This document shows, in pieces, positions 53,350 to 64,000 of a stretch of DNA of 64,000 nt; the first letter of the stretch is position 1, and each line of letters opens with the position of its first letter. The DNA lies in the NCBI GenBank assembly GCA_951406725.2, contig OX597832.1, positions 11,656,001-11,720,000 on the forward strand, read 5' to 3'. Under the pieces are notes generated by a model. It saw nothing but the letters and a program-made list of their open reading frames with translations, was not told where the DNA came from and did not search any database. Source of the DNA: Octopus vulgaris (Eukaryota). The translations under genes were made by a program, and so were the position numbers.

Positions 53350-53716
53350 GATAATCAATCGACAAACATCAGCCTGTAGATATTCATTTATATCTATTTA
53401 TTAATGGATTACAATCATATGTATAATTAATCAAAATAAACAAATGAAATAATCAAATAAACAAGTAAATAAATAGATAACTAAAAATGAAGATATGAAT
53501 AAGAATAAATGAATAAGAATGAGTGAAATATATTAAGCCCTTACAGCTGTTTCTACTATGGGGCAACCCCATACTAGAAACAGCCGTAAGAGCTTAATAT
53601 TTTTTCACTCATTTGTTCTAATTCATTTGATTATTTTGATTACTTATACTTATGATTGTAATTAATTAATAGATATAAATGAATGTCTACAGGTTGATGT
53701 TTGGCGATTGATTATC
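53350..53716. mobile_element. ~370-bp imperfect palindrome, probably an inverted PLE terminal repeat
   Basis: Outer arms gataatcaatcgacaaacatcagcctgtagatattcatttatatctat / atagatataaatgaatgtctacaggttgatgtttggcgattgattatc; centre tatgggg-caa-ccccata. Confidence 0.8.
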
Positions 53717-53769
53717 CTCTCCATTTTCTTATTTGCCTTATATATATATACACACACATACACACATAC

Positions 53770-54520
53770 TTGATAGACTATCAGATTTATCGCTTTCTCG
53801 TACAATACAATGGTGAGTCTGTTTGAAGTAACATTCAAAGCAGCAGCAAACCAGGTCGGCCTTTACTGCAACGAGAGTAAGACAGAGTTTATCACGACCT
53901 CTTCCAAGTTCACTGAACTTAAATCGCTCAGTAATATATCAATCAAAAACGTTGACGACTTCAAATATATTGAATCACACATAGCAGTCTCTCAAAAGAG
54001 CCTTCGCATCTGCAAAGCTCTTGCTTGGAATGCATGTAACAGACTTGATAAGATCTGGCACTCAAACCTTCCACACAAGTTAAAAGTTCAAACATTTAGA
54101 ACACTTATTGAGCCGGTCTTTCTCTACGAATCAGAGACTTGGACCTTATTGGCTCTCTTATAAAAGCAACTAGGGTGAACCAATCTGCTCAGAAAGATCT
54201 GGAACATCAGTTGGAGATCACACCGAACACTTATTAACATCTACAGAAATCTGATACAAATATCCCTCAAGCTAAAACAGAAACGGCTACAATTTGCTGA
54301 CGACTGTCATCGAGCAGAGAAAGAGGTTATATCATCTCTGCTCTTATGGCATCCTTCTGGAAGCGTTTTCTGCAGGAAACTGACATTTCCAGATACTATG
54401 TCTCGGGAGTCAGTGCTGGATATTAGAGATCTGAAAACTAAAATGAGGGACCGTGTAGTGTGGAAAGGTATTGTCAATGGAGATCCGACGAACCATAGGT
54501 TGGTCAAAGGATGATGATGA
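53770..54520 (+). mobile_element. RTE-clade LINE, 5'-truncated 3' fragment (RT C-terminus), decayed
   Basis: ORF 53810-54163: VGLYCNESKTE…VDDFKYIESHI…KALAWNACNRLDKIWHSNL…KVQTFRTLIEPVFLYESETWTL. It continues past a stop as LLRKIWNISW…RLQFADDCHR and ends in a (GAT)n tail. Confidence 0.9.
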
Positions 54521-54525
54521 CAAAA

Positions 54526-54848
54526 CAATGACAGCCAGTTTTAGCGTTTGCATAGCACTCAATGCCGAAATTCGGTAGTAGCCCTTCTAAGGTTTTTTAT
54601 ATGTAGATTATTGCTTATCTGTCATGCCTTCGCTCCAGCGAGTAAAGTTTCAGTCTTCTCAGCCTATCCCTGTAGCCCATTCGCTGCACTGTTTCAGTCT
54701 TTTTAGTGTAGTGACGTTAGACTGCCTCAAGCTCCGTTGTTAGTTTAGCACAATGGGGTGACCATAAATGGAAGCAATAGTGCAGGCGGCTGCGAATAAA
54801 TTATTTCCACAGGGTTAACATAGTTTCTTAGTTTGTTGTTTTGAAAGA
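54526..54848 (-). mobile_element. CR1-clade LINE ORF2 C-terminal fragment, decayed
   Basis: FKTTN*ETMLTLWK*FIRSRLHYCFHLWSPH…ELEAV*RHYTKK…YRDRLRRLKLYSLERRHDR*AIIYI*KTLEGLLPNFGI. Confidence 0.88.
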
Positions 54849-54920
54849 ACTCAGTATCTATACTGTCAGTTGTCTGCACTTTGCATATAAGTGTATGTAT
54901 GTATGCATGTATGTATATAT

Positions 54921-55329
54921 CTCGTTTACTCGTTTACTTGTTTCAGTCATTTGACTGCGGCCATGCTGGAGCACCGCCTTTAGTCGAGCGAATCGACCCC
55001 GGGACTTATTCTTTGTAAGCCCAGTACTTATTCTATCGGTCTCTTTTGCCGAACCGCTAAGTGACGGAGACGTAAACACACCAGCATCGGTTGTCAAGCA
55101 ATGCTAGGGGGACAAACACACACACACAAACATATAGACACACACTTATATATATATATACATATATACGACAGGCTTCTTTCAGTTTCCGTCTACCAAA
55201 TCCACTCACAAGGCATTGGTCAGCCCGGGGCTATAGCAGAAGACACTTGCCCAAGATGCCACGCAGTGGGATTGAACCCGGAACCATGTGGTTGGTTAGC
55301 AAGCTACTTACCACACAGCCACTCCTGCG

Positions 55330-55331
<2 letters not shown>
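54921..55331 (-). mobile_element. SINE family B, full length
   Basis: Reverse complement of the 14032 copy; its head abuts (TA)n. Confidence 0.92.
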
Positions 55332-55399
<68 letters not shown>

Positions 55400-55400
<1 letters not shown>

Positions 55401-55586
55401 TTATTGATTGCTAGCCACTAAACCTTTTTCATTTTCTCTCTCTGCTTATTTTACGTGTGTTACATTCTGTTGAAGAGCGTAGGCTCGAAACGTAAAAGAT
55501 TTTCTCACTTCCCGAGCGTAAAACTAATACATCTGTTTGTTGTTTTCACACCCGTCTTCGTTTTTTGTTTTCTTTTTGTAAATCCC

Positions 55587-55587
<1 letters not shown>
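55400..55587 (+). mobile_element. PLE-terminus fragment with hammerhead-like motif
   Basis: ctgttgaagagcgtaggctcgaaacgtaaaag at 55467-55498, between microsatellites. Confidence 0.7.
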
Positions 55588-55620
<33 letters not shown>

Positions 55621-56009
55621 TTAGATATGTATGTATGTATGTATTTAGATATGTATGTATGTATGTATTTAGATATGTATGTATGTATTTAGATATGTAT
55701 GTATGTATTTAGATATGTATGTATGTATATAGATATGTATGTATGTATATAGATATGTATGAATGTATGTATATAGATATGTATGTATGTATGTATGTAT
55801 ATAGATATGTATGTATGTATGTATATAGATATGTATGTATGTATGTATATAGATATGTATGTATGTATATAGATATGTATGTATGTATATATATATATTT
55901 AGATATGTATGTATATATATATATAGATATGTATGTATATATATAGATATATGTATGTATGTATATATATATATATAGATATGTATGTATATATATATAT
56001 ATATGTATG

Positions 56010-56040
<31 letters not shown>

Positions 56041-56378
56041 ATATATAGATATATGTATGTATGTATATATATAGATATATGTATGTATGTATATATATAG
56101 ATATATGTATGTATGTATATATATAGATATATGTATGTATGTATATATATAGATATATGTATGTATGTATATATATAGATATATGTATGTATGTATATAT
56201 ATAGATATATGTATGTATGTATATATATAGATGTATGTATGTATATATATAGATATATGTATGTATATATATATAGATATATATATAGATGTGTATGTAT
56301 ATATATATAGATATATATATAGATGTGTATGTATATATATATAGATATGTATGTATATATAGATATGTATATATATAA
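55588..56378. repeat. TA/TG/GA compound micro/minisatellite
   Basis: Units such as tttagatatgtatgtatgta evolve into atatatatagatatatgtatgtatgt. Confidence 0.95.
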
Positions 56379-57283
56379 TATTACATGAAGTAAAATAAAA
56401 CATTTATGGAGAAGCGACGCATTTAATATCGTATAAATGCGCAAGAATATCAAACATGTCACACATACTTTACGTCAAATAAAGGAAGTAATTTTGGTTG
56501 TCATTGTATTTTTCCATAAAAAACTTTTTGCATTGTTATTGTTATTGTTGTTTTTGCTTTAATACACAAAAATGAAAATTGCAATATTTGAGACTCATAG
56601 AGAAGACAATAGTCGCAGCTCATATTAACTGCTTGTATAACTTCTTCAAGTTTTACAGTTTCTTTCATTGGTCGAAACAAAATGCAGTGAAACCTCACTG
56701 TATACATCTTTGTATCCAGTAAGTCTAATAAATTGTAAGAAAACAGACCGAAATTGATGACCAGGAATGGATGTGTATTTAGCTAATAATCTGAAATGAT
56801 ATCTTACCAGTTTATCAATGTAGCTAACACAATATTTGAAATTGCAAGCCATACAATATTCTGCTACACGTTTTAAACATAAACATATCGAGTGAATTAT
56901 TATTAAAATAAAAACTGCAGCAGATGTTGTCTCTGCTTAGTATACATGCTATCTTCCTAAAAATGTACACACACATACGTACATAAATATATATAATTAC
57001 ATGTCATTTTCTTGTAAATATGCTGACTTCATATCTCTCAACAGAATTTGTATTAAAATGCAACTTATTTTTTCAAGTAAAATTAATAGAATTATAATAT
57101 TTCGGAACACGCTTGCAGATTATAATAAAAAATATATAAATTGAAAATATTAATGGATATGATATTACAACAGTATTCTAGGTTTTTAGAAAAAATAAAA
57201 TCGATTTACACTCACAGAGAAAGTTATATATTGAAACTGAATAATTAACTAGAAGATATTAAAAACGTACATGCACACACATG

Positions 57284-57329
<46 letters not shown>

Positions 57330-57363
57330 AATGATATATACATATAATATATATAAATATATA

Positions 57364-57428
<65 letters not shown>

Positions 57429-59560
57429 CACAAACATACACGTAGGAAGTTGCTAAAGAAATAGTACTAAGGGCTTTTAAGTTGTGTAGGAGGTTGCATA
57501 AATGAGTTCAGTGGCAATTTCTTGCAAACGTCAGGAATGTTAGATAAGTGCTGTATGGTCATTGTTCAACATCCTCGCTGTCTGAGTTCAAATGCCGCCA
57601 ATGTCAAACTACTTTTTTTTTCATCTTCCGATATCGACAATGTACTGGCCATGAACTGAGAGCATTCATTCTTTTCTCCTTTCTTTTCTTTTTTACACTT
57701 TTTTCTTTCTTTTTTCCTTTCTCTCCCTCTATCTTTTTTTCTCTTCCCTCTCTCTTTTCTCTTTTCCTCTCTCTCTCTTTCTTGAACCTTTAAAAACAAG
57801 GTGGCGAATTGTTAGAAACATTGACGTTTCCTTTAGAATGCCTTGTATGGTATTTGATGCAACTGTTTGGGCCTTGAATTTAAATATCCCGTAGATTGCA
57901 TTGCTTTATATCATTTCGGGGTCGATAAATTCGCTTCAGTATAGGACGGTGCACTGGCTGAAATGTAAACATATTACACCGGATGCTTTACGATTTGCAT
58001 TCCATATTATTTTGTTCGGAGTAATCATCCAGCGAAATAGCTAGATGGAGTGAAAATTTAACTTATCCTCTAGTATAATATCATCATATGGTCATAAGTA
58101 CCATTCTTTTGCAAGCCTTGGGGCCAACTCACCGAACTGATTATATCTTCTAGCCTCCCACTTGAATCGGAAGGTCTGCATTGTCACACTCTTATGACTG
58201 CAATTTATATTGTATAATTCCTTAAAGGGATATCGAGAAGGATCAAGCGAAAAGCCAACGACCTCCTCTTATCTTGTTTGTTATCAAAAACTTTCAAAGG
58301 ACCTGAGAGAACGTGACGAGCATAGGTGTACCCATGCTCTGTTCCACACGGAAGCTATTAAATTGATATTAAATTGATAAAAGTTGCATCGATCGAATAT
58401 CTTCATTACAACTTCTTTTATCAACTCCATACAGAGATAGTTCAAAGTTGAAATCGTTCGAACGTTCTTCTTGCTTAACCTCAGATCAGTGATGTTGAAG
58501 CATAATATATGACGTGTGGTACGATTATCCCCATTTTTAAGGGGATCTTTTTAAGGGCTATATTATCCAAGATTAGTTACTGCTATTAGATTTCAATTCA
58601 TGGTGAGGTAAATTCAGAAATCGAAAGATACACGACTAAATACTCACAAGACCTCTACTCACACGCTCCACTGATTCCATCATTCTGTTATTCTGTCATG
58701 AGTCAAAGAAATCCGTAATGCAATTTATGACTGATTTCAATATCTTTAACAATCTCTACTTAAAATCAAAAAGAGGAATGTAGTCGATTTATCCGACCTC
58801 AGTTCATGACTGGTACGGGATTCTTCTTGAAATTGGGAGACTAAGAATTAAATTATGCATGGAGAATTGAACACTGAAGTTTCACGGGTGTAGCTTAATA
58901 TTTCAAATCAGTCTTTCTAATATTTGCCCAAACATTACCGCATCTTTTTCTTTATTTTATGTAAATTCTTTGTTTTACTACACTACAGAACCTTCTAGAT
59001 AACTTCCAGAAGCATATGAGTTATTCTGTCATGTGAGAGCTTTAGTCGCTTTCGCGCGATACATATCTCTTTTCTGAATAAAAAGCCATTGCCTCTTCAC
59101 AATACAACAGTCGGTTTCAGGCACTTCACCCGACTCCATAGCTTGAATCGTACTTATTTGATCAACCCTGGAAAGATGAAAGGTAAATTCGGTACTTTTT
59201 AAATTTGGACTCCATAAGTAACTATCAGTAACAAAATATTGTAAGACATCTTGTCTTATAGCATTTCGACCAATCTACCGCCATCTCTAGTAAGTAATAA
59301 TAATTTACTACGTAGGCAAAAAGCCTCAAATCAGAGAGATAGTGTTATTTGATTAAATTAACTCCAGAACTACACTGGTTTTTATTTATCGAAATCTGAA
59401 AGTTGCTAGGCTAAACTAACCAATAAAGCTTTTGAGATCAGAATATGCAAAAAATAAATAAAGGTGAAACGAACATCACAAGACACTCATCTGATGCTCT
59501 ATTGATTCTGTGAATATGTCACACTCTCTAAATAGTAATGAAAATAATATGTACATTAGA

Positions 59561-59765
59561 GAAGGCGGTGAGCTCGCAGAATTTTTAGCGTCCTGGGGGA
59601 AATGTAGCAGCATTTCGTTACGTTCTGATTTCAAATTCCGTCGAGGTTGAAAGTACCGTTCATAATTTTGGGGCTGATAAAATACATACCAGTTGAGCAC
59701 TGGAGTCGATGGAATTGACTTAGCGACTTCCAAGAAAGTGCTGGACTTGTGCCAAAATTTGAAAG
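59561..59765 (+). mobile_element. Older SINE family A copy
   Basis: aaggcggtgagctcgcagaat…acgttctgatttcaaattccgtcgagg…cttgtgccaaaatttgaaa. Confidence 0.8.
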
Positions 59766-60414
59766 TAATATTTACCTTAGCAATTTTGCGAGCTTAACCA
59801 ACTCTACGACTATTGCAAATATTTAAATTTACAGCCAAAACATACAGCAAGGATGCCGAATAGCTTGGAGCAACTTTGCCGCTCAGCATACCGCAGTTAT
59901 GCCTCCTAGCTTCAAGCAAATATACCATATCCATTCTACACCGTTTGACAATGTCCTCTGTATTGAAATACTTGAAATACGTTCGTACAGCTATGTTAGA
60001 AAAAGGTTATAAGTAAAGATAGCAGATTTATCTTGCATAATCAGTGGAATCGAGACAGAATAACAGAATGGCCGAATCAGTGGAACATTGGACAGAAGAT
60101 TTTTTTTTTACTACATATAGTTATAAACCAATCCGCCTTGAATCTGCATCCAGCTGACCTGAGACCTGCCAATAATAGCAGTAAGATCATTCTGGTTATT
60201 TAAACATTTAGTGTCGATAAAAGAAGAAAATTGAAGACGAAAATCTGTTTTAATTGATATTGTTTTCGTGCATGTCATCGATTCTCGAATCTATTTGTTT
60301 GTTTTGCAACTAAGCAGTATCATTTTTTCTTCGATCTTAAGTGTTTTTCTGTTTCGTGAATTATCATCATTCTTCTTTTTCCTGTATTATTTTCATTGTC
60401 GTGGTCGTTGTTAC

Positions 60415-60453
<39 letters not shown>

Positions 60454-61361
60454 CTACTCTAAGCGGTGCTGGTAGTAGTAGTAGTAGTAGAAAAATATTT
60501 TTTGATTGTTTTCTTTGCTTCTTTAACGAATAACCAATGCATAAAAGCTTTAAAGAAGGGCGCCTTTCAGGAATCAGCTAAGTGAATGCTTGACTTTCTA
60601 GAATCAACAGTTAAATCTCTGTCATACCACATCTCTATCACATAAGAAAAGGAAGGAAGTGTTGGATAATACTGTTCATAGATGTGCTTTGCGTGAAAGC
60701 AAACAATAACGACAGGATGATCACGGGTGGGAAGCCTTTGATCATAAGTCCGCTCGATGATAGCTAACCAATTATCTAAAAACATCAAAAGCCTTTAACA
60801 ATGCAATCAAATTAAAATCGCACAATCTCTAAAATAAAATTTTAAAAGAACAAATATTTCACTAAATTTACCTTAGCGCACGACTAACAACATCATGGGT
60901 ATTAATTTCTCATTAAAGTAGAACATCAAGTACTGAACCAAGGGTGATTATTTTTCCACTCCCAGGAATCAACTAATTTTAAACTAAACTACTAAAGAAA
61001 GATAGAGTTACTAAAAGCCGATGTGACGTGATCCTCCCATTGAGCTCCGTCGTTAAAGCGTTACAAGACTACTACCAAAACATGGACTTCATGTTTCTAT
61101 TAAGACATCTCAGCCAAGCTTCATTTTCTGTTCCAAAATAAAGCTACTCTTACATTTATTTTTTTATTATTATTTTTCCTTTCGCTATCGTTTTTTTTTT
61201 CTTGCTTTCTGCTTGCAACTAGCCTTTACTATATAATTTTTACCAACGTCTTCTTCTTCTTCTTCTTCTTCTTTCGCATTACTCATTTATTTTCCTATTA
61301 CTAAAAAAACCTGCCGTTAAAACGTAAATTCAATTAATAGAACCGCTATATGAGTAACTGA

Positions 61362-61369
61362 AGCAGCCT

Positions 61370-61437
<68 letters not shown>

Positions 61438-61610
61438 ATAGTAGTGGTGGTAATAGTAGTAGTGGTGGTGGTAATAGTAGTGGTGGTAATAGTAGTAGTA
61501 GTGGTGGTAATAGTAGTAGTAGTGGTGGTGGTGAGGGTAATAGTAGTAGTAGTGGTGGTGGTGATAATAGTAGTAGTAGTAGTAGTAGTAGTAGTAGCAG
61601 CAGCAGCAGT
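61362..61610. repeat. Trinucleotide microsatellite (GCA/GTA/GTG)
   Basis: Direct inspection. Confidence 0.95.
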
Positions 61611-64000
61611 CATAGTTTGTATTGCTATTATTAATAGTAATAGGATTAGGATTAACAGTGGCTACTGTAGTTATTTTTGTGTTGTAGCAGAATTTCCCTT
61701 TTAGCATAGATTTTCTATCAATTTTATTTTCGATTGAAGAACAATTCACTTACCAGAAAATAATAGGCTACGTTTTTTTTTTCTGTTGTTGGGTTTTTTT
61801 TTTTAATCTTAGAGAATAGATAAGAAAAATGGGGTGGTGGGGAAAAAAAACACAGCAACAAACACGTAAAATACTGGCAACAAAAACATCATCATCATAG
61901 ACAACAATAAACAATAAATAACACAACAACAATATTAACATCATCGACGTGAAAATTCAGTGAGCAATGATAATTGAAATTCTACTCTCTCTTTCTTCTG
62001 CCTGGACAGTCATTCCTCGAGATGGAATGACTTTGGTAGTTTCTTCGTTCTTTGTTTCTGCGGAGAAGGATTTTCTTTAGCATTTCTTTTAACAATTTTT
62101 CACTCAACAAGTTATTGTTAAATGTAGGAAGTAATGTATTCGTTCTGGTTATCTAATCATTTACTGTCGATGAAAGAAGAAAATTAAAGATCAAATCTGG
62201 TTTTTGATTGATATTGTTTTCTTTATGTCATTATTTCTTGTATCTATTAGACTAGTTAAACTTCTTCGTGGTTTTTGCAGTATTATTTTTTATTATGTTC
62301 TATCGGTGTAGAGATGGTGTAGAGATGGCGTAGTATCGTTCTTGTTGTTGTTACTATTATTGTTATTGCTGTTGTTATTGTTTCCTTCTTTTTATTTTTC
62401 TCTATTTTATTTTTTTTAATAATTTTTATCAACTTTGATCTGTTTTCTCTCAAACTTAAATTCCTACACAGAAGGACAAATGTTATGTAGCGATATAACC
62501 CCGCCCCGTTTGACTTCCAATATTAAACCAGAATAGAAGACTAAAGAACGTGAAGTAAGATAAGGATAACTAAAGAGAGGAAATTGTAAGAGCAGATGTT
62601 ACTGCTGATTGAGTAGATTGCTCAACATATTCTCGGCCTCTTGTTATTTAATTACTCCATCTTGACAATTGCTGTTTTGTCAGAGGGCAAGATAATTAAA
62701 CTCTACAACGTCGAGTTAAACAAAGAACTAAATGTTTCTCATTAGGTTACATTATAATGGATCTTCAACACTTTAACTAAGCAGAACATATCACCACTCT
62801 TCCACTTTATAAATTCAATAAATTTTGTGAAATTTTCACCCCATTTTTTGTGTAATGTTTTAACACTTACGTTACGCCCAAAAATCATTTTATAGAAGCA
62901 GTAGCTGATTTTATTTCTCAATATTCAATAATAAAATTAAACTGAATGAAATACAATATGGGCGTTGAATTTGTGTGTTTTTATGATTACATAACTAGAG
63001 ATATTGACTTTAGATATGGAATATATTTCCAATACCAGTATTTCAAAATGAACCATGATGAAAGAATTTTATATCCCTTAACCTTTATTGGGTTTCTTCA
63101 GATAATCAACTCAATTTAATTGTTTTAAAGTTTTCGTCCGGAAGAAGTGGATATCCCAGTTACTTGAGAGAATAGTGACGTTGATAAATTTGACGCATCT
63201 TTCAAACAACTGCAAGAAAAATATGAGTACAAACGAAATGAAACCAGTTAGTTATGAGGGGTGAATCATTTACAGAGCGACAAAAAGAAAAGTAGAATGA
63301 ATAGGCAGTAAATCTTTGAACCAGATTTATTAGTAAAATATTTACAGTTTTTCAGGTACCATTTTACCTTTAAAATGCATCATCTTTTTATACAGTAATC
63401 AATGAACTACAAAGAGAAATAATAAAATTGTAGGAGTGAAACATGCAGATTTTCTTTTGAGAGCGACAAATAGACGTTCAATTCAGAATGTCATTCCAAC
63501 AGCATTGCATGGATTTTGCATTTACTAAATTTTACTCTCGAATCTATGGTAGATGGGGTGGCTGTGACAGATAAGCTCGCTCAGCTTGCTTATTATTGGA
63601 AATAAATATGAAATGTCTTAGTAACAACGATCATTTCAACGTTACTGCAAAGCATGCCCGAAAGGCATTCACTACAAAAATGTAAATCCAGATACATGCT
63701 TGTTATTTCCCAAAGACGTTTAAAGGGCTGAAGAGATAAAATTGATGATGTAGTTTCTGTGACCAATCAATTTAATTCAAGTCGAAGCCAGTAAGGCATC
63801 ACGATTTCTAAAGCTGACACCCTGCAATACTTGGCTGCAACCTGATTGAGAGCAGATCATCAGTGCTGGTTCGTCTTAGTACATTCATATATGTCATTTT
63901 CCGAACACAAAGCATGTTATTATCATGTATGAATAAACCTTTTTAAACGATGGTTACCGGTGATCCTCACCTATTTTGCGGAACGTTTGAGAGCCTTGAT

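Overview
AT-rich, microsatellite-saturated eukaryotic non-coding DNA. The SINE families and abundant (TA)n/(TG)n tracts suggest an octopus or other coleoid cephalopod genome; this is from memory, not a database search. No intact protein-coding gene is supported, and almost all listed ORFs are translations of dinucleotide or trinucleotide repeats. The window contains many tRNA-derived SINE copies (at least 5 families; many have clear target-site duplications and several are dimeric). It also holds decayed fragments of RTE, CR1 and RLE-type non-LTR retrotransposons, a Tc1/mariner transposase 5' end, and several Penelope-like element (PLE) remnants. Best candidates for follow-up: (1) hammerhead-ribozyme-like motifs in short PLE-terminus fragments lodged in (TA)n tracts, including a multi-copy family with a non-canonical core; (2) a ~370-bp fold-back palindrome centred on such a motif; (3) a textbook recursive-splice-site motif at 18195/18196; (4) a possible decayed MET-like receptor kinase retrocopy. 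Coordinates were counted by hand and may be off by a few bases.
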